64,000 nt of DNA from Eledone cirrhosa (GCA_964016885.1 OZ024741.1:174778001-174842000), one strand, 5' to 3'; counted from the first letter of the stretch, positions 37,213 through 52,154 are shown. A program made the numbers and translations. The notes: generated by a model from the letters alone, not told the origin.

Positions 37213-40200
37213 TGTATAATAACAGGTAACAACTTTCCTGTAAGCTTGACAGATTAGACTAATTAAGCAGAGGGCTAGCAAGCAATATTTGTCTATACCA
37301 GGTCTCCAAACTGTATTGTGACACTAGCTGTGTCACCAATAATTTCTAGGTGTCGTAAAATTAAATCAAATCTGATTTTTATGAATGTTTGGTCATGAAA
37401 ATAGATTTGAGACAAGAAACATGATATATATACATTACCCTTTTTTTATTGTTAATTTCATATCACTAACAAAGCTTAATGTATTACAAAACATTTTGAT
37501 TTTTAAATTGTTTGTCACCAATGTAGAAAACTTGGAAAGTTCGCATGAACTGTAACAATACCCACTTCACCTACACTTATCCATCAACGCCCCCCCCCCC
37601 CCCCCCCCCATATACTTAACAGTACCAGCATCTCACCTATTTTTCAGTCAACTGACAATCTATGGTTCTGCTCTGTAGTATAGAAGTGTATATTCATGGG
37701 AAGGTGAGTTTTGATAGTAACGTGAATTAGTTACACCACCATACCACCAACAACCACAACCACACAGCCCTTTTGTCTTAATTCACTAATAATGTAGCTT
37801 TGTTTTGATAATCAACATAGGTTTTTTGGAATCAGGTTTTATTTTGTCTTACTTCACATAATACATAGTTAACCCTTTCATTATCATTTTTCTAATGAAA
37901 GACATGGCCTATGGTTTTCGAATCATTTTGAAAACCATAACAAATTTGGAGAGAAAGTTGGTGTTTGAAGCATAGCTAAACAAAAGTTCTTACAAATGAT
38001 GGGAGTTTTTTCAATGAATATAAATGTTTCAAAATGAACTGGAGTATTCTTTCCAAAACCAAATAGGTTTTTATTACATTGTTGTTCTTCGTAGGACACC
38101 ATTACCAATATAGAAATACTTTTTTAGAGACAAATTACTTGTATTAGATATAAGAAAAGTAATGTGTAGGCATGGCTGTGTGGTTAAGAAATTCACTTCA
38201 CTTTCATGTGGTTTCAGCTTCCACTCCACTGAGTTGCACCTTGGATAAGTCTTCTACTGTAGCCTTGAGCCAGTCAATGCCTTGTGACTTAATTTGGTAG
38301 GTGAACACTGAAGAATGATGATGATGATGACAATGATGATGATGGTAATGAAAATGACGGTAATGGTAATGATGATGATGAAGCTTTAGCTGTTTGCAAA
38401 CAATCAATGATTATCTTGTTTTATCTTTAGGCTTAGAAATGCTACTTAACTACAAACAGTATGGCAAGCACATGAAAACGCTATGATGAATTTCAGACAC
38501 TTTTAATATCCAGCAGATATAATTAATTACCACTACTTGAATCTCAAAAAACAAATCTAATGAAGCAGATTAAAATAATTTGTGTCGGCACAAACATTTA
38601 AAAACAAAAAAATTCCAAAATACATTTAAAAAAAACTAAAAAAAAATATATGGATAGATGAAGTGGGGTGGAATCCAAATGTCATCAAAATGAAGATTAA
38701 AGTTACATATGGGTGGCTGAATATTATTATTATTATTAAAAACATGACAAGAGTGGTTGGTATGTTTCAAGAATCTTTAATAATCCTTGATGAAGGACAG
38801 TTGGGTGAGAAATCAGTAGAAATGATAGTGTGTCTGTTGTTGGTTTAAATTATTTGAAGTATAATCTCATATATTTTTTAAGTTTCAAGTTCCGAATTCT
38901 GCCAGAACCTATTTTGTCTTTCATTCACCTAACATTTTTAATATCAACCCACACGAAACTGCCCATCTTAATTTATATTAAAATCTTCCATCATAATTCT
39001 ATGTAAGGCTGTTTTTGTTATGTTCTAAACAATGGCTAAATAAGGTAAAAATGTTAGGTATTTTATTAGATCCCTCCAAATTCTTGATTATTTTCAAAAT
39101 TAATTGAAACACACAAGCAGTGGATTCCCTCAGAAATAGGGGAACAAAAGGGTGAAAGTTGATAAACAATGATATCTAATCTACGCACAAGGTGAGCAAT
39201 TTTTGGGGAGAGGAAATGCAAAGTTGACCTCAGCAGGATTTGAACTCAGAATGTAAAAAGCAGGAATAGTATTTTATCTGATGCTCCAGTGATTCTGCCA
39301 ATCCACTGCCCTAAGGTGGTGAATATTAACTAAAAACAGCAGCTGCCACAATCCCTACTACCATGCCACCATCATCAGCACTGTCACTACTACAATGCCA
39401 CCATGTTTAGTTCCAAGAGTGTTATGAATGAACAGAACTACAATGAAAGGCATTCCAGCTATGACCACCCATTTTTATATCAGGCAGTGTATCTATGAAA
39501 TATAGACACTAACGAATCCTATCCATTTTTTTAATGGTAGAGTATGATTTTAATACCACTTTTTTTTCAGTGATATGAAACAAAATTTGAACAGAAAGCA
39601 AAGGGCCAGAACAGATATTGTGAGACAGCCCATTTGGTACTTTATATATTTTATTAACATTGAAACAATGAGAGGCCAAGCGAGCAGGAATAAATACAAG
39701 GAACTTAATCTGATGTTCTAACAATTCTGCCAATTCACTGCTTACAATCAAAGTGAAATAAAGAAATTTACAGCTGAAACCTGTGCAGGTTTAGCTGGTC
39801 TCTTACAAAGTTGCATCTCATTGGAGGTTTCTTGGGGATTTTAATGATAGGAGAAGCAATGTGAAATGAGGCATGCACTGCCTGGTTCAGGAATGAAACC
39901 CATGACCTTATGATTGTGAGCCCAACCTAATCATGAGACTACATTACCTTCAATGATTAGATGCTGTGTCGATAAAGCTATTTCCCTTTCTCTCTAAATA
40001 TAATTATTATTATACATGATGACAATACTAACCAACAAACTATTGACTGCTAAGAAAATCCATTGTTAATAAATCTAAAGTTAATTTGTATTGACTATGT
40101 TTTTACCTGTTGTAGTAGCTAAATGCTACATCCATCTCATGTTGTTAGGTAGCAACAAAACTAGGTAGGTGAATTAGTTGAGAAGATTTAATCCTTAGGT

Positions 40201-43200
40201 TTTAATAGATAGTTTAAGCACAGCCTGCTTTTTTTGTCTTGGTTAGTATTGCTTATGTTGAATCATCATCAGCATCACCATTTTACACATTTTTCCATGC
40301 TTACAAGGGTTTGATAGGTTGTCACACTGAGGCTAGACAGGAAGGAGAGATGTCTATGTCTTGCTCATATGTTCCATTTTGTCATGGTCTCTCTGATACC
40401 AATCACTTCATGGCATCTACTGAGTTTACTTTCTCGTAGTACCACCACTACCACCTTACAGAGTTTAATTGGTGCCTTTTTTGTAGCACCCACACTACCA
40501 TTTTAAAGTATGAGTTGAATGTATTAGTATATTTAATCTAATCATTCACAAGAAAATCATCATTATCATCGTTTAACATCCACTTTCCACGCTAGCATGG
40601 GTTAGAAGGATTGTCCCATTTGAGGCAAGTTGAGTCAGGTGACTGTGTCCTGCTCATCTACAACTGTTTCTGGCAGGATTTCTACAGCTGGATGCCCTTC
40701 CTAATGCCAACCACATTTACAGTGTGTGCTGGGTGCTTTTTGTCGTGACACCTACACGATCACCATACAGTGTGGGCTGGGTGCTTTTTGTTGTGACTCC
40801 TACACAACCACTTTACAATAGACAAATTATTTCTGACAGTATATACTACTTAACTACAACAACAATAACCAACCTTTTAAGGCTATTTTCCCCACTAATG
40901 ATGGGGATTAACCTTGCAGGCCTCAGACTCATCGTAACATTTTTTTGGCAATCCGTTACAACTAGATGTCCATCCTGGTGTCGATCATTTTATTTACCTC
41001 TTATGAGACACAGGGACATAGTGTCTGGTTTCTAAACTGGATACATACACCAAACACATACTGTTTAACTATCAATAGAAAAGTGTTTGAAACTTGAGAA
41101 GTAAATAGTTATTCACATTAAATAGTTATTATGCACATCTTCATTGTTTTTACATCTGTTTTTCTATGTTGACATGGGTTGAATGAGACTTTTTGAGGCA
41201 GTATTCCCCAACAAGATGCCAACCATTAATTGTTTTTAACTCTTAATGTCCTGAACCACATGTAACCACATTAGCAAGACATTCTTAAAAATACAAAACA
41301 ACACTATGACTGCATCCTATAAAAAATTTAAGACTTTACTTTACACTAATACTGCAAGTTTTCACAACAACCTGTTCATAAAGATTTGATTTAATAAACC
41401 TATTTTTAGATATTTTTGCTGTCATTACAGGATGTTAAGAATTATGTAAAGTACTGTTCATCACATGTTAAATTTCTGATCTGAAGGATACATTGTCAAA
41501 TGTGAAGCAAAGAAACACACACAGATTTCTGCCATGTATACATATACTCTAGTTCTATATAAACCCCATGAAATTATATATATTTTACCCATATAGCATT
41601 ACTCAATGTTAACTACAGTAGCAAAAGTATACTCCCAAAATTTCCCATAACATATAGGTCAAACTCTAGTTTTAGAAGGAAGGGCCAGTAAATCTTTAAA
41701 TTTTGTTACCCTCACCATGTACACCTTACCATAGTACTGATACTAGTTCTGGGGGTAGTATATAAAGGATGATGTGTAGATGTAAATCTCTCTATGGATA
41801 TGAAGGTATGAAAAACATCTGGCTTATCAGTAATTGTTACTCAGATGATTAAACTAATGGGTGTTGGGGATTTACCTGATAAACACACTGAGTACAGTAA
41901 ATGGTGATAGGAAAGGTATCTAATTATAGAAAATCTGCCAAACAAAGGTTTGAGAGGACTCTTCAGCTGTATCAAAGATATGAAAGCCTCCCTAGTGCCA
42001 GTGCCATGATAAAATGTATTCAGTAGAGCATGGGAACGTATGTGGGCTAGTTGCAGGATACTGGCCCATCTGAGCACTCAGTAGGTGTGGGGACATATGT
42101 AAGAGAGATGCAGGCTCTCAGTTCACCGTTGGGTCTGTAACTCTGCTTTGAGTACCAGCCTGGTCTGCTGATAACACGTCAAACCTTTGCTAGCAAGGAA
42201 AGTAGATATTAAACAATGATGATGATGTTAGTCATTGAACTTAAACACAAACTTTCAGTAGCTTTCTATATTGGTTACATGAAACAAACTTTACTGTAGC
42301 TGCTTGTTCAGTTATATCATTGTTTATCAAACATGATACTTCCTGTAGTTCAACTGAATCTTTTAAGCAATGTCAGCAAAAGAAAGCTAAAAGATAGCGA
42401 TTTGTTATATTAAAAAAAAGCCAAGAAACTATTTTTTCTGTAATTATTTAGTTTGTGATAGATGAGTGCTCATAGTTTCCTGAGATCCCTCTACTCCCTA
42501 GAGTAAAAGTGAATGTGATATAATCCAGTGATGGAGGAAGTAAGGTTAGTGTGTTGATTAGTGTTAAGTTTGAATTCCAGCAAGTTAGTGGTTGGAAGGG
42601 AAACCTGAGCCATCAGGGTGGGGGAAGGGGGGGGGGGGGGGCTAAAAAGGGTTTATTTAAGGAGAGATGAGATACTTCTGTTCTGTAGAATGATTTATCA
42701 AAGTCTTTACAGTATGATGGGATCTAATGCACTAAGACAGTGGCTTGGTGACATACATGAAGAGGAGAATGTAAGATGATGCATGGTGGGGGCTAAGGAA
42801 ACAAGGTATCAGTAGCTAACTGTGTGATATAAAAACATACTTAACACTTTCATGGCCTTATTTTTCATGAGATACATTGAATGTGTCTCAAGTAATCAAA
42901 AAAAAAAAAAAAAAAATTAAGAAGTTGGAAGATTTTAATAAAATAACTTTTTCATTAAGTTAACAAGGTATCAATATCTAACAATGAGTGATATAAAAAC
43001 ATACTTAACACTTCAATTAATTTTGAAAATAAATCAAGAATTTGGAAGATTTTAACAGAGTAACTTTTTCAGTAAGTTGGTGTTAAGAACATGGCAATAA
43101 AGTTCTCAAATAAAATTATGATGAACCGTTTTAATTTAGATATAAACATTTTAAAATGTACTGTTTCATCACAGAACCAGAGGCAGTTTCAGTGGGGTTG

Positions 43201-46061
43201 GTATTGAAAGAGTAAAATAATATGTTAAGACATTCGATGTGAGGAAATGGAAAAAAAAAAAAAAAATGAGATATAGAAGAAAGAATCCATAGATTAAAAA
43301 GCTTTCCAAAATGCCCATTGGTGACACACTTTTGCAGAAAAAAAAAAAAAAAGCAATTTTTAGTGACACATTAATCAAGATTTGTTTGTGACACAAAATT
43401 AATAAATAAATAATTATCATATCAGTGTCACCAGTCACATGTTTAATTGTATACAACATTGCCAGATCTCAAATATGTACTTCGCAGCCAAAAATATTCA
43501 TCAAAATTGATAAGATTTGACATATTTTCACAAGACATCGAAAGATTATTGGCGACATACAGCTTGGAAAGCTCTGATCTATTTAAATTTGTTTAATGAC
43601 ATGGAAGTATGGTGAAATGAAGACAGATGTGAGAGTGAGGGAGCGAGTGAGGGTGATTAAAAGATCTAGAAAGAAAGAACACTATTCTGAATACTCATGG
43701 GTTGGCTTGTTTAATATTATTAAAACTGGATCAATAATGGTAGAAAACAAAATTTCATTTAGAGAAAATATAACTACATCTAGTGAAGCTGCAAATATCA
43801 ATGGTAAAACTGTACATAATTGTTCTAATTACAGAAAAAAAAAAAAAAATAATTACCAGATTTACTTCCACAGGATTGCCTGAAGTTACTGATTTTTCTT
43901 AACCTTATCATTACCAAACTGCCTGAAATTAGCTCTGGTTCTATGAAACAAAACACCTATTTTAAAGAGTTCCCATTGAAATTTAAATTTTCAAACATAA
44001 TTTTATATGAGAACCATATGCTAAGCTACTATTTTAGTATCATCATCATCACCGTTTTACGTCTGTTCTTCCACGCTAGCATGGGTTAGAAGGATTGTCC
44101 TGTTGTGGGCAGTGTCCGGTCGGCTGACCTTGTCTTGCTCATACAGGAACTGATTCTGGCTTGATTTCTACAGCTGGATGCCCTTCCTAACACCAACCTC
44201 ATTTACAGTGAGTGCTGGGTACTTTTTTTCTGTGGCACCTACACATCCACTTTACAGTGTGGGCTGGGTGCTTTTTGCTGTGGCACCTCCACAACCACTT
44301 TGCAGTGGGAGGGGGTGGGGGCATATTGTCTATATGCTTCAGCTTGTACCCGTGGGAAGTTGGGTCTTCTGTATTATATACATATATATATATATATATA
44401 TACACATATATCATCATCATCATTTTACATCTGTTTTGCATGCTGGGATGGTTGCATGGTTATCACTGTCTGAGACAAGACAGGTCAGATAACCACATGT
44501 TGCTCATACACACATATGCATATTCTTATGAAAGGCTTCCATGCAGTTTCCATCTATCAAATCCACTCACAAGGTATTGGTTGGCTTAGGGCTATAGTAG
44601 AAAACAGTGCTATGCAGCAGTACTGAACCCCAAACCACATGTTTCTGAAGCACACTTCTTAACCACACAGCCATGCCTGTTCCATGGGATTATAAACTTT
44701 ACTTCTATTTCATTTTCTGACAACTTCCTATAGCTATGCGAAACTTTACTTTCCCAGATTTATAACTTAGGCACAAGGCCAGAAATTTGAGGGGAGGGAA
44801 AAGTTGATTATATAAACATACTTTATTGGTACTTTATTTTATCAACCCCTAGAAGGATGAAAGATAAAGTTGATCTCAGTAGGATTTGAACACAAAGTAA
44901 AGGGCTAGCAGTGAAATAATGAAAACTAGAACCAATTTTCTATACTATTTAGATTAAGATATATAGATTTTCCAAAGAGAGAGAAAATTTAGGAATTCAT
45001 TATATTGATTGCTAACTGCAATATAGACAAATAAAATTGACTGGAAAAACAGGAAGTGGGGTGGTGAGAGAAAGAAGGAGAAAGAGAGAAATCGTAAGAG
45101 AGATAGGGAACAAGAGAAAAGAGGAAGAGAGAGAGGGGTCCTATAGATAGAGATGACAGACAAAATGAATCAACTGAGCAAATAAATTGTTCAATTTTAA
45201 CCATTCAATAAATAAAGGTGATGAATTTAAGTTGAAGAGAGGTGAGAGAGAAGGAGAGAGAGAGAGAGGGAGAGGAGATTTAATCTGTGGCCTATAAATT
45301 CTTGGTGAGTGAGTAATGCCAAATTCTTAGTTGCTTCTGCAAACTCCAAATACAAGATTATGAAAATATATTTAATGCTGAGGATTCTAACGTAATTCTT
45401 CAATGGTAGATAATCCATAATAACAGACAATCCTCACTGCATAACAAACTATGTTATATTTCTTGTGGTCAAGAATAATATTTGTGGATGTATAAACCAA
45501 CCATCACACACACATACATGCAGACAGCTGGTAGTTAGGCAAGTGAAATTGCAGAGTTGATAGAGCACAGGACAAAATGCCTTGCACTATTCCTGGCTCT
45601 CTGTGCTCTGAGTTCAAATCCCACTAAAGTCAACTTTGTCTTTTATCCTTTAGGATGGGGATGGAGCCAATAAAATACAGTACCAGTGCAACCTGGTAAC
45701 CTGGTAGAAGTGTTAGCATATCGGATAAGATACACACTATATTTGTTTTGACTCTCTATGTTGAGTTCAAATCCTGCTGTGGTTTAATGCCACTTTGGTA
45801 AAGGTGGCTGAAGCTGAACATTCCCAGATGATCTTGACAAATGGTTCAATTGGAGCAAAGATATGTCATTGATTAGGTTAAAAAAAAACAAAATAAAACA
45901 AAGCAAAAAACAAATGGCAGCAGTGGCTTTCAACACAAGGAAAAATTTCCCAAGAAAGACTTCTGCATGAAGATCAGATAGTTAAGGGAAGAGGAGAACA
46001 ATGTATAGTGAGCACAAGAAAACATAAATAGAAATTACATACAAAACACTACTACAACTAA

Positions 46062-46380
46062 TTTATATTATAATAAGAGCGCTGTTTGTCTGTCTCTCTG
46101 TCCCTCACTTTATATAGAGAGGGGGAGTGCCAAGCAAAAGATAAGTACATAGATAGAGAGTGAAAAGGGAATGTTGTGTGTTTTAGAGGTGACAGAAAGA
46201 GGTAGATAGACAGAAAGTTATGATGCTGCCCTCATCTATATATATATAGAGTGAGGGAGAACCAAGCAAAATATTTGTACATAAATAGAGAGAGAAAAGG
46301 AACGTCATTTAGAGAGAGAAAGGGAGAGAGAAAGAGTGTGTGTGAGACAGAAAGAGGGAGAAAATGTCGCCCTCATCTAG
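46062..46380 (+). mobile_element. Non-autonomous Helitron-like element
   Basis: 5' a|t(t)tatattataataagagc..gtttgtctgtct. 3' hairpin gagggaga-aaatg-tcgccctc directly before atCTAG|t. Internal diverged tandem duplication. Confidence 0.5.
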
Positions 46381-46582
46381 TAATAATAACTTAAGTCATT
46401 GATAATTTTTACTAAGAAAGACAAGGGAGACAACTTCAAGATCTAGATTGATAAAAAACCCCATCAAACATGGGCATGTAGTCCAGAGTGAGAGTAATCA
46501 GGTATGTCTGTCCAATAATTTATCCAACTGGTAATTCCACTTCTTCACATAAACTGCACCACACATGCAAAATAATAGTGAC

Positions 46583-46875
46583 AATAATAATGATTTCTTT
46601 TATTGGGTCACAAGGGCCCACAAAGCTAGGGGCGGTACAAAGTCCTTGTACCGCTCCTACAAAAACTATTTCCAACAAGAAAAATTCCCCTATAGGAGAT
46701 AAGACCACCTAGGGTAATTTGTGGCATCCTCTCCCCACACAGTCCCAGATTACTTTGTATTGCCAATGATATTGGAAATGCTCTTCTCCAGCCCCACCTT
46801 CATCACGAAAAGCTTAGTCAGAGTAGGCTGCATCAATCTCGCTGCGCTAAAACAGTAACAATTCCTTCTAACGTT
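46583..46875 (-). mobile_element. Probable 3' end of a non-LTR retrotransposon (clade unresolved)
   Basis: On the minus strand it ends gcccttgtgacccAATAAAagaaatc(att)n, preceded by a 14-bp stem-loop (46625-46657). GC content is higher than the flanks. Confidence 0.45.
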
Positions 46876-46879
46876 CGCA

Positions 46880-47487
46880 CAATTTAGGGGAAGGGAAAAA
46901 TTGACCATATTGAGCCCTGTATTTAAATAGAAAGTAATAATTGTTTCTATTTTGACACAAGGGCAGCAATTTGAATGGAAGAGGAAAGTTGATTAAATTG
47001 CCCCCAGAACACAAAGGACCATAACTATATGCCACAAAGCATGTTGTCCAATGCTCTAACGATACTGCCAATCCAACAATTGTTTCTACTTTAGGCACAA
47101 GGCTAGCAATTTTAGGGGAGGGTAAGTCGATTAAATCAACCCCCAGTGCATTACTGGTACTTTATTTTATCGAACCCATAAGAATGAAAGGCAAAGCTAA
47201 CCATGATGGGATTTGAACTCATAACATAAAAGGGTGTAACTATGCCGTGAAGCATAGTGTCCGATGCTCTACCGATTCTGCCAATCCAATAATAATTGTT
47301 TCTACTTTTGGCACAAGGCCAGCAATTACCCAATACATTACTGGTACTTTATTTTATCGACCCCGTAAGGATGAAAGGCAAAGTTAACCTCGGCGGGATT
47401 TGAACTCAAACCATAAAGGGCCGTAACTCTTTGCTGCAAAGCATAACGTCAGACCCTCTACCGATACTGCCAAAATCCAATAATAAT
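46880..47487 (-). mobile_element. Head-to-tail stack of 3-4 family A SINEs
   Basis: Repeated aattgtttctac..ggcacaagg...ctctaccgatactgccaatcc units starting near 46937, 47078 and 47294. Confidence 0.85.
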
Positions 47488-48809
47488 GACAGATGTACAT
47501 AAAGAAACAGATACACATATACAGATTGTTTGGACAAAGTTAACTGGGATTGCTCATCAACAACAAAAACTGCAACCAACACTAATGTTTGACAGATTAC
47601 TGTTGTAGACTTTACAAGTGTTGCATATGTGTCATAGTATTTATAGGTTTGTTAGTTTAAATAGTTTGTGGTCATAACAGTGCAGTGTTTTTATACAAAA
47701 CCACCTCTGGTTATATGATACTAAGTTGTTTATTAAAGTGTTTATATTTATCTAAAAACTTTCCATCATAATCTTATGTTTGAACCTTTGTTATGGTATA
47801 TTAAAAAAAATTAGTTACATTACGAAATCCCTCCAAAATTCCTGATTATTTTCAAAATTATTTGAAACATGGGCAGTGTCTTTCATTAGAAATATGGTAA
47901 TGAAACAGCTAAAATCTTACAGACAAACTTGTATGGATAACTGGGTAAAATAACAAACTAGTAGAGTCATTAGAGCACAGGACAATATGCCTTGTGGTAT
48001 TTGTTCTGGCTCTCTGTACTTTAAGTTCAAATCTCACTGGGCGTCTTTGCCTTTCATTCTTTCAGGAGTTGATAAAATAAAGTTGCAGTCTAAGAGTGTT
48101 AGAAGAGTTATTTTATAGTATTTGCTCTGGCTCCTCTGGAGGTGGAGTTAATCAGTCAGCTATCTGGTCACTGGATGTCTTTAGTGGAGCCCACTTTACC
48201 ACAATCACTTGGGAAAGATATTTGCTGGCAGAGGCATACATTATTGTAACAACTTACATTTATGTAGGTTTAGTTGGCCTCATAGGAGTTTTTTTGGGGG
48301 GGTATTTTACCACAACATAAAATGAAGCATTTTATCAAATGACACACTGGACTACATGGTCCAGGAATCAAACCCATGATTTTTTGATTATGAGTCCAAC
48401 ACCCTAACAACTAGCCCATGCACCTCATTACATATAAGATATAAAAATAAGGAAATGAAATGAGTATTACAATGAAAATGTTTATAAGTTAGTATTATGA
48501 AGCTGTAATGACTTGCCTATTGTTAGTTTTCATCTCCCTTATCATCTCAGCTAGCAGGATTCAACGATAAGTAACAAGCAGATTATTTGAATGCTAAATA
48601 AATATTAATTTGGAATTACTGTTTGAATTTATAATTATTAAGATTAACCATAGGGATGGATTATGTTTGTATTAATAGCACGCTGTTGTAATTGCGTTGT
48701 TGTTTATAAATGAAACAGCTCACACCTGTGTAGGTTTAGCTGACCTCCTATGAGGTTGCATCTCGTAGGAAGTTTGTTGGGCTTGTTAAAAACTTTGCAT
48801 TGCATGGGC

Positions 48810-48935
48810 ATATATTTTACATCTGGCATGGGGCTATTACCAGCTTTGTACTAATGTATATTTCACACTAGGCTTGGGCTTATTACCAGCTTTGTACTGG
48901 TTTAAATTTCACAGTTGGCCATGACCTATTGCCAA
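48810..48935. repeat. ~46-bp minisatellite, about 3 diverged copies
   Basis: tatatttcaca...ggc.tggg.ctattaccagctttgtact repeated. Confidence 0.65.
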
Positions 48936-49719
48936 TGATATTGCCAGTTTTGTATGGGTCTGCCTGTGAAACCCTTGCCAATGTGGACAGATGGTTAGAA
49001 AATGTGCTCAATGCTTGACTGACAAATCACAATTAGTATTTTTAGAGTGTTAGAACTGGAACAAGATTACTAACCCTTTCATTATTTAAAAAACAACACT
49101 GCTTATGAGTCTCATATCAAAACAATATACCAGAACTTGAAGGGATTTAGTAATATAACTAACTCTCTCATTATTAAGCTGCAGTTTGAAACATAACTTG
49201 ACAATAGTTATAACATAAAATTATGATGGAAAACATTCAGATAAATATAAATACTTTAACCCTTTCTAATGAAATACATTGTTTAAGCACATCATTTAGT
49301 AAGCTGATGTTTGAAACGTTACTCAATAAAAATTTCTTAAATAAAATTATGATGGAAAATTTTAATATAAGTATGAACATTTTAAAATGAGCAGTTGTAT
49401 ATCATAAAACCAAGAGCTAAAATAAACAGAGATTTGTATTCCAGAACCAGGGGATGGTTACAGGTCATTTGGTTTCATGAGGGATAAGATGAATAGAAAA
49501 GGATGTTGTGACCTCATTGATTTGATCCCTTGGCATCCAGTCTTGCTACACGTAGCAGGGGTGAGGGGAAGGGAATAATTAACTAGAAATTTGGCAGGAG
49601 CAGATGGTTCAGTTAAAATCCATCAGTTGTTTTCTATCTTCTTTTCTTTTTATTCTCTATTTTTTAAAGCTTGCTGTCCAAAAAGTCAACATTGTCAGTT
49701 GAAATGAAGGTTTGAGCTG

Positions 49720-49775
<56 letters not shown>

Positions 49776-50147
49776 CATACACACACTCATCCATACACGT
49801 ATATATATTCACATATATGCATATATGCAGAGAGAACAAATGATGATATATATTTATATATAAAAAGGATTTGGAAAGGAACCACAGTTATAAGGCATTC
49901 AATACATTAGTAGCATGGGTACATATTCACTTCATTCATATATATATATGTATATATGTATAGATAATATCGCGTGGCTGAGTGTTCAATCGTGAGGTTG
50001 TGAGTTCGATTCCTGGACCGGGCTTGTGTTATGTCATAGAGCAAGACACTTTATTTCATGTTGCTCCTTCTGCCTGGATTTGCGACTGGTAAATAGTATT
50101 AGCAATTGGACAGACCAATGGAAACATTGTTTCCACAGTCCGATTTG

Positions 50148-50189
<42 letters not shown>

Positions 50190-50579
50190 AACACAGACAG
50201 ACAGAGCTATACATATAAGAACATATGAGAGAGAGAGAGAGAGATGTAAATACAGTAAATACAATTAGTTAGTGTGCCAAATGAAACACAATAAATAAGG
50301 TAAACACAGACCAATAGTCAATAGAGTCTGAGTAATTCTAGTAGTATAACCCACACATACAGAAATGGAAGCCAAAACTATATTAAAAAATATATAACAA
50401 TATAAGCTAAAGATAATGCTTATTGTGATTGCTTAATCATATTTCAACTATTATTTGTAGATATGGCTGTGTAATTAACTACATAGGCATGTTTGTGTAG
50501 TTAAACTCTTTTGCTACAAGACTAAGTAGTTTGTTTTAACCCTTTAGCATTTACATTACTCTATATATACAGCTCTCCA

Positions 50580-50980
50580 CTTGAAGCATTCCATCATCAT
50601 CTATGTGAGATTCAGCATTTTGAGATCAGTTCTAACCATCTCTGTCCAAGTTATTCTAGGTCTTCCTCTACTGCTGCTTTCGTCTGCATTTTTTCACCCA
50701 TTTCATCATCCATATCCATCCCATATCTTGCACACTACATCTGATTCGTCTTACACCCAGCTTTCCTCACAGTTCTTCCACACTCTGTTATTCATGCACA
50801 CTTACATTACACATCCAACAGAGCTTGATGGCTTCATTTCTTTCCAGCTTCTGTATATCCTCTGCATTTGCTGTATATATGTCTCTCTACCATGCAACAT
50901 CACACTTCTCATGTAATCTACCTTTTCTCTTGTAGAGAAAATTCCTTTGTAGTCGACAGAGGTACTAGCTCCCTAAACAC
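50580..50980 (-). mobile_element. Highly decayed RTE LINE C-terminal fragment
   Basis: The minus strand resembles the RTE C-terminal blocks seen elsewhere in the window (RELVPL, LHGRETY, LERNEA, GRPRITW). Confidence 0.6.
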
Positions 50981-51276
50981 CAACTTAGAAATGAGAAAGT
51001 TAGTTATATTACTAAATCCCTGCCAAATTCTTGATTATTTTCAAAATTAATTGGTAATCATTGTATTTTATTAGAAATATGATAAGGAAAAGGTTAAGGC
51101 ACAGACATGGCTGTGTGTTCAAGAAGTTTGCTTTGGAACCACCATGTTTCAAGATCAGTACCATTGCATGACACTGGAAACTATACAGAACCCATTGAAT
51201 CATTATCATCATCAGGACACATCCAACCCATGCAAGTGTGGAAAAAAGAATGTAAAAATGATGATATATATATATA

Positions 51277-52154
51277 CAGGGTGCAGAGGATATTTGTTCG
51301 CAATTTTCAACTGCTAATTTTATGCAAATTTTTTTTACTTCCGTTGTCACTCTTGTCTTCATAAAAACAGTGACTATATTTCCATTATTTATTTTCAGAA
51401 TAATTGATTATGAATAATTTTGAACCTCCAAATTTGTGGAAGAGACACAAAGTTCTTCTTGGAATCCGAGCCGGGAGGACAAATAAGACCAGAAGATCAA
51501 CTCCCAGAACAACAGGTGGCTCGCTGTCTCATCCAAAGACGTGCCCAGCGTCATGCAGACAAAGTTTCCAGCGACAACATTGGTCTTAGGTGTCGTCAGC
51601 AGTCAAGGTGACGCCATGCCACTTCACTTCTTCTCTGAGGGCCTCAAGCTGAACACCGATGGCTACATCCGCATTCTGAGTGAAGTAGTAAAGCCCTGGA
51701 TCGACCAGGTAGCTGCAGGTAGGCCGTACGTGTGGCAGCAAGACTCAGCGTCTTGCCATACCAACCGAAAGACCCAAGCCTGGCTGTCAGAGAACTTCGT
51801 CGACCACACTTTACTAGACATCTGGCCTCCAAGCTCGCCTTGACTTCTTTGTGTGGGGCGCAGTGGAACGAGAAACCAACAGATCTAGCTGCAATATGAA
51901 AGACGATCTGAAGGTCAGGATCACAAGTGCCTTTAGGGGCCTAAGTCGGAGGACAGTGACAAAGGCCTGTAGCCGGTTCCGAGGCCGCCTTGAGGCCGTC
52001 ATCAAAGCCAATGGCGGATTTATTGAGTGAAATCGAAATAACAAGTCATGAAGACAAACTGACCCAAGTTTGATAAATAAATCTTAAAAAATAAAACTAC
52101 TGTGTTATTTTTTCATAGACAGTAATCTTGCGAACAAATATCGTCCGCACCCTG
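51277..52154 (+). mobile_element. Internally deleted Tc1/mariner-superfamily transposon, maT (DD37D) family
   Basis: 27-bp TIRs cagggtgcagaggatatttgttcgcaa / ttgcgaacaaatatcgtccgcaccctg (2 mismatches) and a TA target in (TA)n. Transposase remnant ...YVWQQDSASCH...WPPSSP(deletion)DFFVWGAVE...RLEAVIKANGGFIE*. The spacing is D37D if DLNPL is restored. Confidence 0.9.

Noticed and set aside
46880-47487. Repeat-spacer-like periodicity resembling a CRISPR array (also 33201-33352 and 9150-9320)
   Set aside because: The units are SINE stacks or minisatellites without unique spacers. There are no cas genes and the context is eukaryotic.
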